Shown here in pieces: positions 25,842-34,058 of a stretch of DNA of 64,000 nt. The stretch's first letter is position 1. Each line of letters starts with the position of its first letter. Below the pieces are notes generated by a model that was not told the DNA's origin, did not search any database, and was given only the letters and a program-made list of their open reading frames with translations. Source of the DNA: a virus; IMG/VR virus record IMGVR_UViG_3300046786_000748, positions 32,001-96,000 of that record. One strand, 5' to 3'. The translations under genes and the position numbers were made by a program.

Positions 25842-25870
25842 ACTTTACAGTATAAAAACAGAAGAGTCAA
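25842..25870 (-). promoter_or_regulatory. Sigma70-type promoter TTGACT-17-TAAAGT
   Basis: -35 at 25870-25865, -10 at 25847-25842, 7 nt before ATG 25834. Confidence 0.55.
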
Positions 25871-25872
25871 AC

Positions 25873-25902
25873 AAAAAGCCCCTTCCGGTTAAGAAAGGGG
25901 CT
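25873..25902 (-). terminator. Intrinsic terminator after prohead protease
   Basis: Minus strand AGCCCCTTTC-TTAACC-GGAAGGGGCT-TTTT. Confidence 0.8.
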
Positions 25903-25924
25903 CAACAACAACATGAATTACAAT

Positions 25925-26542
25925 TTAAACGATTTCACTGAAAATGTCTTGAATGATACTTTCTGCTGTAACCCATTTTCCGTTAATTGGGTTTTGTACA
26001 ACTTGTTTTACACCTTCTGTTAAAGCACCAGATGGAAACATAAATGCTCCTCTTGTTGAAGGATTGGAAACAAAATCAAAAGCAATCAATTCAAAATCGT
26101 CTTGAACCTGATCAACACCTTCGGAAATTTTCTTAATAGTTCCAAGACCACGACTGGAAATTCCAAGACGAATGTTGGAACGGAAAAGTTCTTTCAAGAT
26201 GTTACCGCTTGGAGTTCCAAGAACTTCAACGGTTCCCATAAGATCTTTACCTTCCCAATGCATTTCAATTATGTTATGGGAAACGTTTTTGAGGTTAACT
26301 ACTTGAGATTCTGGATGATCAAGTTCACCAAGAGCACGTCTTTCTTTTATAAAACCCTCTGTATATTTTTGGGCCTCACGCATTAGAGTTTCATATGGAT
26401 AACTACGTCCATTTTGGTTTGTGGCTTCTGCACGCTGGAGAATGCCCTTTACAACGAATGGACCTTTACCGGATAAGGCTTCGGTAAGAGTTTGTCTCAA
26501 AGGTTCAAACGTTATTACGTCAATTAAGAGTTTCTTTTCCAT
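25925..26542 (-). CDS. gp21: Prohead core protease (T4 gp21-like)
   Basis: NQNGRSYP, ALGELDHP, VSHNI, TPSGNI, GISSRGLG, DFVSNPS. Confidence 0.95.
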   Translation of the reverse strand: MEKKLLIDVITFEPLRQTLTEALSGKGPFVVKGILQRAEATNQNGRSYPYETLMREAQKYTEGFIKERRALGELDHPESQVVNLKNVSHNIIEMHWEGKDLMGTVEVLGTPSGNILKELFRSNIRLGISSRGLGTIKKISEGVDQVQDDFELIAFDFVSNPSTRGAFMFPSGALTEGVKQVVQNPINGKWVTAESIIQDIFSEIV

Positions 26543-26543
26543 A

Positions 26544-27014
26544 TTATCTTCCTAAAGCTGGTTGTTTACCTGCTCCAGTAGGTTGTTGACCTTGAGGGTT
26601 TACAGGCGGTTGTGAAGGTTGTTGAACCGTTGGTTCCGGTTGTTGTGGAGTTTCTGCTGCTCCTGGTTCTGGAGCAATACCACCACCAACAACTTTAATT
26701 TTGTAACCGGCTGTTAAAAAATGTTCTTTGTTATTTTCGTTTTTCAATACAACAACCCAATCATCATAAAAGTCGTTTATATTGACGCCGGTAACTCTAC
26801 TAATTGTATAATCTTTGACAGGTTGTTTGTATCCTCTTGAGGCATTGACAACCACAGATTTGTTTAAAATTTTAGAAGCAAGAGCTTTTTCAAACTTTGA
26901 CTTAGCTTGTTCAGTTGTAGAGTTTATCGTGGATTTAAACGCATCAAAATCTCTGGTCCAGTCATAAAACTGTCCCTGATCAACCTGTTCAAGAATGTGG
27001 GATAAAAGCATCAT
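26544..27014 (-). CDS. Hypothetical head-region protein
   Basis: 156 aa; leader MMLLSHILE; Pro/Gln-rich tail. Confidence 0.7.
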   Translation of the reverse strand: MMLLSHILEQVDQGQFYDWTRDFDAFKSTINSTTEQAKSKFEKALASKILNKSVVVNASRGYKQPVKDYTISRVTGVNINDFYDDWVVVLKNENNKEHFLTAGYKIKVVGGGIAPEPGAAETPQQPEPTVQQPSQPPVNPQGQQPTGAGKQPALGR

Positions 27015-27721
27015 TAGGTTACCTTTCCACCAACACTTTTGGCAGCAATAGATTTCATTTTTTTCCTATCAGGATCAGGATCTACCCAATTTTTACCGTA
27101 AAATCCTTGAGCAGCAGATGTTCCTGTCATCTCGTCTATATCACCCTTCCACTTCTTATCACGGTTTCTATCATACTTTGGTTTAGGACCTTCTTTTCCC
27201 TGACCGTGTATTCTCGAAACGGGATTTACATCACCCCAAGATTTTCTAACTTTTGGTGTAGAAGGAGCTTTTATTGTAATACTTCCTTCTTTGATATTAT
27301 GCATTTTTTTAAAAGTTTCGTAAGAATAAGTTACATCACCAGCAGTTGAATAAACAGCAACATCAATCTTTCCATTTGGATACCTGGCATTCACAAATTC
27401 ATATTTAGTCCCACCCATTATAAAAGGCTCTTCGCCTGTACGTCTACTATGGTATTCAACATATTGCGGATCTTCTTCGACTTCATCCAATCCTCCTAAT
27501 CCCATTTTATTAAGTTGATCGGTTCCAGCTTTTAAATCATCCATCTGTTTGTTATAATCAACTTTTGGTGGTTTTCCTGGTTTTGAACTTGGAGTAGGTG
27601 TTGTAAACCCATCGGGTTTATCACCCCAATTGCCATGTTTATCTAACTGTTGGACACCATTTTCAATTAGGACTTCTTTAATACATTCCCTAATGAGTTT
27701 TTTAAATTCTTTCTTATCCAT
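27014..27721 (-). CDS. Hypothetical head-region protein, segmented
   Basis: 235 aa; leader MDKKEFKKLIRECIKEVLIE; segments bounded by LIE, LDE, IKE, IDE. Confidence 0.7.
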   Translation of the reverse strand: MDKKEFKKLIRECIKEVLIENGVQQLDKHGNWGDKPDGFTTPTPSSKPGKPPKVDYNKQMDDLKAGTDQLNKMGLGGLDEVEEDPQYVEYHSRRTGEEPFIMGGTKYEFVNARYPNGKIDVAVYSTAGDVTYSYETFKKMHNIKEGSITIKAPSTPKVRKSWGDVNPVSRIHGQGKEGPKPKYDRNRDKKWKGDIDEMTGTSAAQGFYGKNWVDPDPDRKKMKSIAAKSVGGKVT

Positions 27722-28613
27722 TTGGAGCCTCTTCCTTCTTCAATTGTTTCGTAACTTCTTTTAAAAGTTCATAGGAAAGCAAAAGTGACATAATTTGGTT
27801 ATCTTTAACTATACTGTTTGTAGGTCTAACTTTATCAAGTTGTTTGGTCACTTCGTTAATTTTGATCTTTATTACTTCTGAATCCAAAATTTTACCTGAA
27901 ACCTCAACAAGCTTTTGTTTTACTTCATCTATCTTGCCACAAACATATTCACCAAGAGAATTGGTATTACTTACATTATTGATGTATTCACGTAATATAG
28001 ATTTTTGATTATCATCCAAATTGGAATATTTCTTGTTAAGACCTTCGACCAAAAGTTTATAAGAAAGCAATCTGATATCTTCTGACTGTTGTTGATAAAA
28101 TTTTATCAACTCTTCGGATTCAGTGATGGATCTTTTATTTGAATCGGCTATGTTTTCAATAATACAAGTTTTTGCTTGAAATACTTCTTTTACGTCAAAC
28201 TTAGCATCTTTAGAGGAAGCATCTTCAAAAATTTTGTAAGTTGAAGCTAAAACTTTATAATTCTTAATACTGGCTTTTAGAAACTGATCTATAGGATATA
28301 ACTCTTTCATTTCCTTGATTAAGTTATACTTTTCTTCCGCCAACTTGTTATTGTGAAGTTTCTTTCTCTGTTCTACAATTACAGATAAAAACCGTTCTGC
28401 GTGAACTTCATCTTTAACTTTTTCGTTAAGCAAAAAATTATAAAGACGCCACTCCTTACCCAGTTCAGTATTTTCCTTGAAATACTTGAAGAGCAAGGTT
28501 TTAGCTTCGGAGTTTTCTTTCCCAGCTAGGATGTCGGCAGTAATTTGTTTAGTCAAGAGCTCAAACAAAATGCCTGTGTTTCTAAATTTACTATGACGCA
28601 ATTTTTTTTGCAT
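27714..28613 (-). CDS. Conserved helical head-assembly-region protein
   Basis: RHSKFRNTGILFELL N-terminus; directly downstream of the portal; palindromic TATAAATATTTATA at 28636-28649 upstream. Confidence 0.7.
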   Translation of the reverse strand: MQKKLRHSKFRNTGILFELLTKQITADILAGKENSEAKTLLFKYFKENTELGKEWRLYNFLLNEKVKDEVHAERFLSVIVEQRKKLHNNKLAEEKYNLIKEMKELYPIDQFLKASIKNYKVLASTYKIFEDASSKDAKFDVKEVFQAKTCIIENIADSNKRSITESEELIKFYQQQSEDIRLLSYKLLVEGLNKKYSNLDDNQKSILREYINNVSNTNSLGEYVCGKIDEVKQKLVEVSGKILDSEVIKIKINEVTKQLDKVRPTNSIVKDNQIMSLLLSYELLKEVTKQLKKEEAPNG

Positions 28614-28678
28614 ATACTTACTCTTCAACTTAATTTATAAATATTTATAGACTTTCCCATAATATAGAAATATTTACC

Positions 28679-31600
28679 TTATTCTAATATGTTGGCTTCG
28701 TCCAAAATTGATTTATCTTTGGATTCTGTCATTAATTCTTTCTTGACATCTTTACCGGATGACATGAAATTATCTAAACTATTAAAAACACTCTTCATTT
28801 CCAACGCCAGTGGACTTTCCTTACTTACTTTTGGAGTGAGAGTTCGATCTGTCTTGGATGAATCACGGGTTCTTTCCAAATCTCCTAAAGGATCTTCGCC
28901 GAACGGATAGTCAGACGCTTTCTTTTCGCCTGCTTGTGAAGGCCTTACATAATCATGAGCCGACTCTCCTTGTTTTTCAGAAACTACTACAGATTCTTTA
29001 ACTGGACCCTCTTCTCCAGGACCACCTTCCGGTCCACCGCCAGGTTCACCCTCCGGACCACCTTCTTCGTCTCCTAAATCAGGTCCTGATCCGCCTCCGC
29101 CACCTGGACCGGACAATCCACCACCATCACCATCACCATCACCACCATCTGATTGTGGATTAATCTTCTTGAATGGTTTAGCTGGGTCGTTACCATCTTC
29201 GGTAATCTGTTTCAATCTCCAAAGTTGCTTACAATCTTCCACAACATCTTGTTCATTTTTTTGAATGTCATCATCCGACATACGAAAAATCTTCTTGAAA
29301 ACAAACTTTCTTGAAAAGAATGGGCCGGAACTATCACTCATCTCCGACATTGTTTTAGCATTTTCCATCTTAGCAGCCCAAATTTCCATCTTTTCTTTCT
29401 CAAACACAGTGGATGGATTAGTTAAACCAATAGTAAAATCTACGATAGAAGCGTCTCTATAACCTTGAGCATATAAATGAACTTGAGCAATCTTATTAAG
29501 TTCAGAAATAACCATCTTTTGAATACGAGAAATTGTTCTAGCAAATCTGACATCTTCTGCTGCTAAAGTAGCTTTTCCAGAGGTATTTTCATCAAAACCA
29601 ATGAAAGGTTTTGGAACCTTGAAAGCTGCCATCATTTTGTTTTTCACATACTCCAAGTCATCAATTCCAGTAAATTCCATGCCAGGAAGAGTATCAATTG
29701 ACGTTCCTGAATCGGCTCCACGGGTAGGAAGGAAAATATCTTCCACCATGTTCATGAGGTTAAACCGAAGATTGTAGTCACCAGTTCTCTCGTCAATATA
29801 AGGAACTTTCTTCATCTTAGAGATGATTTGTTCCATAAAATTATCAACTTCGTTTGGTGGAATGTTGCCGATATCAATCTTGAAAATTCTCTTTTCAGGG
29901 GCTCTCATAATACGATGAATTAACATTGCATCTTCAAGTAATGAAAGCTGCTTCCAAACACGACGGCCGGGCTCAATCATTGACCGACCATAAGGTAGAA
30001 AGTTTGAATCCGCAAGCAATCGAAAGTGAGCTACTTGAAAAGATTCAAGAATTTCCGCTTGTGATGTATCGACGGGTCTAATTTGAAATTTAACGTAGTT
30101 TTTGTTAAGAGGGTCTGAATTTTCAATACGTTCTACGTTATAAGCAGAAATAGGTTCTACAAGGTAAACTCCGTATTCAGGACTTATGTTAAGTTTGAGA
30201 TAGAAATCTCCATACTTACACATGTTTCTAATCCAAGACCAAAGGTTGAATTCGACATTTAAAATATCGTAGAATAGGTTATGAAGAATATCTTTGATGT
30301 TGTTATTTTTGGAATCAATAGTCAACATTTCACCCATTTCATTCTCAGTAAGACATTCATCAGCATAAATGTCCAATACAGAAGATATGATCGGATCCAT
30401 ATCCATTGTATTGTGGACGAAACAACTATCAGTTGCAAAGTTTTGATATTTTTCTACAGTAACATCATAAACTTCTATTTCTCCAACATATTCGATGGAC
30501 ACTATTTTATGATTTAATGTAGAAACAATTTCTTGTTTAAAAGTATCCCAATCATACTCACCGTCTATCAGCCTGTTACGAACTGTAGAATAATCGCATC
30601 CAACATATTTACTTAATCCAAATATATCTAATTTTCCGTAAGTTTTGTAATATTCAAACGCATAATCACTTATAATATCAAAACTAATATCGTTTCTTGC
30701 ATTTGGATTTCTAAATCTAGATTGATTTCTCTTTTTTAACGATGTTTTTAACGATTCTGAACGAAGTTGATTTGATTTTTTAGAATGTGATTTTCCATAA
30801 AACGGATTGTTTTTTCCAGCACGTTTGCCATTCCACTTATTAAACTTTCTGTTTTTATAACCATCAGATGATTGAACTTTTTCAATAGTTTTTTGTTTAT
30901 TTGCAGGAGACCATATAACATCATTATTTAAATGCATATGAAATGCTCTATGGTCCGAATCCGTCATAATTTGAAGATTTGACGGTAGATTGTTAGTTTT
31001 ATCAAAGTTTCTATGATGAACTACTTCATTATCATTCAATGGTCGTTCAAACTGTTCTGCAACAATAACATGTTCAGATTGCCATCCTTTTGAAAAGTTA
31101 TAAATAGATCTATATCCATTATTATAGAAATCTTTTTGATAGAACGGCATTACAGATTCACCGACAGATAAATTCTCAAGTTTTTTATATTCTCCATTTC
31201 GCATTAAAAACGGATGTCCGGCACTGCCTATAACATATTGTCCATTATCAAAAATAACTTTCCACGATTTTCTAGCACCACCTTCTTTTTTACGAGGATG
31301 ATAGGCCTTTCCAAGTTTTATAGAATCGGTTTCGTGGTCATATGAAAATACTAAAAATCGTTCTTGTGGATTGTCTTTATATTTCTCCGCAAGTTCTGCT
31401 ATTGTTGGAGTAGTCCCATCAGGCAGTGGTATTATTGTATCTGGTCCTACGCAATCGTAGTCACGGAAAAGGTCTAATCTGGCTGCTTGATAAGATAAAG
31501 CGAAATCACGGGTATATGCGTTTACGTTTGATGAACGAACTCGGTTCCATCTATCTCTAAACGAATTTCGGTCAGTCGCATACTGAATTTCATCGCTATC

Positions 31601-31741
31601 TTTTATCTTGAGTTTCTTCCCACCAACGTTTCTTACTATTACATCAGTTGAAAACAATCTCTTTAAACGAGCATATAGTGATTGTTGTTTTACATCAATC
31701 ACGTCGTCTACAGATATCCTTGTTAAATTGTTAGTGGCCAT
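28679..31741 (-). CDS. gp20: Portal protein (T4 gp20-like) with intein
   Basis: LLEDAMLIHRIMRAPEKRIFKIDIGNIPP, EDIFLPTRG..GTSIDTLPG; intein after DYD; TATTTATA at 31768-31761 upstream. Confidence 0.95.
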   Translation of the reverse strand: MATNNLTRISVDDVIDVKQQSLYARLKRLFSTDVIVRNVGGKKLKIKDSDEIQYATDRNSFRDRWNRVRSSNVNAYTRDFALSYQAARLDLFRDYDCVGPDTIIPLPDGTTPTIAELAEKYKDNPQERFLVFSYDHETDSIKLGKAYHPRKKEGGARKSWKVIFDNGQYVIGSAGHPFLMRNGEYKKLENLSVGESVMPFYQKDFYNNGYRSIYNFSKGWQSEHVIVAEQFERPLNDNEVVHHRNFDKTNNLPSNLQIMTDSDHRAFHMHLNNDVIWSPANKQKTIEKVQSSDGYKNRKFNKWNGKRAGKNNPFYGKSHSKKSNQLRSESLKTSLKKRNQSRFRNPNARNDISFDIISDYAFEYYKTYGKLDIFGLSKYVGCDYSTVRNRLIDGEYDWDTFKQEIVSTLNHKIVSIEYVGEIEVYDVTVEKYQNFATDSCFVHNTMDMDPIISSVLDIYADECLTENEMGEMLTIDSKNNNIKDILHNLFYDILNVEFNLWSWIRNMCKYGDFYLKLNISPEYGVYLVEPISAYNVERIENSDPLNKNYVKFQIRPVDTSQAEILESFQVAHFRLLADSNFLPYGRSMIEPGRRVWKQLSLLEDAMLIHRIMRAPEKRIFKIDIGNIPPNEVDNFMEQIISKMKKVPYIDERTGDYNLRFNLMNMVEDIFLPTRGADSGTSIDTLPGMEFTGIDDLEYVKNKMMAAFKVPKPFIGFDENTSGKATLAAEDVRFARTISRIQKMVISELNKIAQVHLYAQGYRDASIVDFTIGLTNPSTVFEKEKMEIWAAKMENAKTMSEMSDSSGPFFSRKFVFKKIFRMSDDDIQKNEQDVVEDCKQLWRLKQITEDGNDPAKPFKKINPQSDGGDGDGDGGGLSGPGGGGGSGPDLGDEEGGPEGEPGGGPEGGPGEEGPVKESVVVSEKQGESAHDYVRPSQAGEKKASDYPFGEDPLGDLERTRDSSKTDRTLTPKVSKESPLALEMKSVFNSLDNFMSSGKDVKKELMTESKDKSILDEANILE
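30410..31453 (-). mobile_element. 348-aa intein with HNH endonuclease and NUMOD3-like motif in portal
   Basis: Begins CVGPDT (Cys97); block B SAGHPF; VVHHRNFDKTNNLPSNL (HNH); GKNNPFYGKSHS; ends VYDVTVEKYQNF...VHN followed by Thr. Confidence 0.93.
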
Positions 31742-31783
31742 AAATCTTTAAACTACCATGTATAAATATATGTCAAATCACGG

Positions 31784-33400
31784 TTATAATAACCATTTAA
31801 GACTTTCTACTTGTCCTTGTCTCCCAAGTTTCATATTCCAAGCCTCCTGACCAGTATTTGCGGTTCTGTTGGTGAAAACCGGAGCAGAACCGGTGTATTG
31901 AACTCTTTCTATTTTATCCATCATAATTCGGTTATAAGCCATAGATTCGTGTTTCAACCTTAATGCGGTATCTCTAACCCATAAACCTATGCCTAATGCC
32001 ATAACCAAATCGTCGTTGTATCCTTCCATAGCAACCGCTTTACCTTTATCCCAAATAAAAGTCTCAAGTTCCCCCAATGTTCTGGTAGAAAACACGTTTA
32101 CCGATTTATCTCTAAAATACTGTTCTAATCTTGAAATTATAAGAGGACGAGTTCTCAAAGTAGTGGAAAATCCAGGAACCATTTTCTTTTCTTCGGAATA
32201 ATACTTCGTAACTAATTGTTTCTGAACTTCAACGTACTTCAAATCTACAGTACTATAAAATGTATTTGGATATCCGCTATCAACTATAGTTTGAATAGTA
32301 CCAAATCCTACTCCAGTATTTTCAACGATTAACAAAGCCTTGTTATACATTGTGGCTATATTAACTAATTGATGACCAAAAGACACCAAATCTATCTGCC
32401 CTTTGTATTCCACACATTGGTTAAGCGTCTCTGCATCCAAAACATGATAAGCAGAATAGTCTCCGCCGTCGCCTCTAGCTACGTCAGCACAAACTATATA
32501 AGTTCTTGAATAATCAGGATATTCATAAATCCATTCTGATCTATCTATGCCACGACATTCAACTGGGTCTCGTTTTAAACTTTCTTTATAGTATTCTATT
32601 ATAGCCAAATCAACTACTGTAGCACCTGATGTAAGAAAATCACAATCGCATTCCTGAGCAGCTTCTTTCGGAGACTTAGCAACTTCTGTTTGTGCATCTC
32701 TCCAGACTTGATCACGTTCTGGATGAAGATGCCAAGGAAGTTTAATGGTGTTGAATTTGTTCTTTTTAGCTTCCGAATCTTTCCACATTCTATGAAAAAA
32801 ATTACCAACACCGTTTGGTGTTGATAGAATAATGGAACGTCCACCAGTTGACAACGTAGGATAAGCAGCCGTCCAAATTTCATCAATACCGTCAATAAAT
32901 GCCGCTTCGTCAATAATCAAAAGAGACAAAGCAAATGAACGACCTGCGTCCGATGCTGAAGATGTTGCTAAAATCCGTGAACCGTTTTTAAGTTTAAGAG
33001 ATAATTTATTGTTATCTAAAGCTTGAATTTTCAACCAAGATGGTAAATTATCATTGGCAAATCTAACTTTTGCAACAATTTCTTTTGAAACTTCTTGTGT
33101 TCTTGAAATAACTAGAATATTCTTATCAGAATGAAACAACATCAACCATAAAGCGTAAGCAGCTACGAGAGTTGAAATACCCATCTGACGAGATTTTAGA
33201 ACAATATTAAAATCAAATTCATAAAACTCTCTTAAAGATTTCTCTTGAAAATCAAAAAGAAGAAAAGGAATTGTTCCCCGAATAGGGTGCTGAATCTTAA
33301 CATATTTCTTCATGAAATACACCGGGTCCGAAGCACACTTGGCGTATTCCGATTTGATTATGTCTTTAAGAGTTTGTTGGTTGTTTTGATTTGAGCTCAT
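31784..33400 (-). CDS. gp17: Terminase large subunit (T4 gp17-like)
   Basis: C-x-x-DPVYF, KSRQMGIST, LLIIDEAAFI, STPNG, ADVARG, YNDDLVMAL. Confidence 0.95.
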   Translation of the reverse strand: MSSNQNNQQTLKDIIKSEYAKCASDPVYFMKKYVKIQHPIRGTIPFLLFDFQEKSLREFYEFDFNIVLKSRQMGISTLVAAYALWLMLFHSDKNILVISRTQEVSKEIVAKVRFANDNLPSWLKIQALDNNKLSLKLKNGSRILATSSASDAGRSFALSLLIIDEAAFIDGIDEIWTAAYPTLSTGGRSIILSTPNGVGNFFHRMWKDSEAKKNKFNTIKLPWHLHPERDQVWRDAQTEVAKSPKEAAQECDCDFLTSGATVVDLAIIEYYKESLKRDPVECRGIDRSEWIYEYPDYSRTYIVCADVARGDGGDYSAYHVLDAETLNQCVEYKGQIDLVSFGHQLVNIATMYNKALLIVENTGVGFGTIQTIVDSGYPNTFYSTVDLKYVEVQKQLVTKYYSEEKKMVPGFSTTLRTRPLIISRLEQYFRDKSVNVFSTRTLGELETFIWDKGKAVAMEGYNDDLVMALGIGLWVRDTALRLKHESMAYNRIMMDKIERVQYTGSAPVFTNRTANTGQEAWNMKLGRQGQVESLKWLL

Positions 33401-34004
33401 TTAGTTCAGTTTCTAGCATTTCTATAGACACATCACACAAAATCAAAGACTTATTCACTTCGGCCAAATCATTCTCGGCTTCAGTAACAAACGTTTCTCT
33501 TGATAAATCTGTCCAAGTATCTCTACTACCATCTTCGTTGAGGTATTCAATTTTATTAGATTTGTTATGTAACCAATTTATAGATTCTTCTATTTTTCCT
33601 TTTAAATCTCGGAGATAAGAACGTTGGTTTTTAATTACCTTAATTTTTTCATACGTTTCAAAAGTTCCATCAAGACGCATTTGATGTTCTTCTTCAACTA
33701 CACAGTCATAACATTTTCCTGTTTTGTTAAAAAACTTTACGTCGTTTTGATTATTTGACCAAGCTACATCTCTCCCACATGAAGAACAAACTTGACGAGT
33801 TAATTCTCTAGTATCATGTAATTTTTTAGATATTCTACTGGCGCCTAATTGTATCCATTCAACTCCATCTTTGTCAGTCCATACATCTCCATCGTTGTGT
33901 TTTTCTTCTTTTGGTGGTTCATATCCTACTTGAACAAATGGACGCTCTCCAGCAAGATAATTTTTTACTATTTCAATGTTTGATTTGCCTGATGCTTTTT
34001 TCAT
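33366..34004 (-). CDS. Zn-finger/coiled-coil protein upstream of terminase (small-subunit candidate)
   Basis: CSSC...CYDC and C-terminal coiled coil; overlaps terminase start. The function is a positional guess. Confidence 0.5.
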   Translation of the reverse strand: MKKASGKSNIEIVKNYLAGERPFVQVGYEPPKEEKHNDGDVWTDKDGVEWIQLGASRISKKLHDTRELTRQVCSSCGRDVAWSNNQNDVKFFNKTGKCYDCVVEEEHQMRLDGTFETYEKIKVIKNQRSYLRDLKGKIEESINWLHNKSNKIEYLNEDGSRDTWTDLSRETFVTEAENDLAEVNKSLILCDVSIEMLETELNELKSKQPTNS

Positions 34005-34058
34005 AACAAGTTTATTCTAACATACATACTGATTAAGTATCTAAAATGTGATATTTTA

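Noticed and set aside
31748-31776. TTGACA upstream of the portal gene as a sigma70 promoter
   Set aside because: No acceptable -10 hexamer at 16-18 nt spacing; the TATTTATA motif explains the site better.
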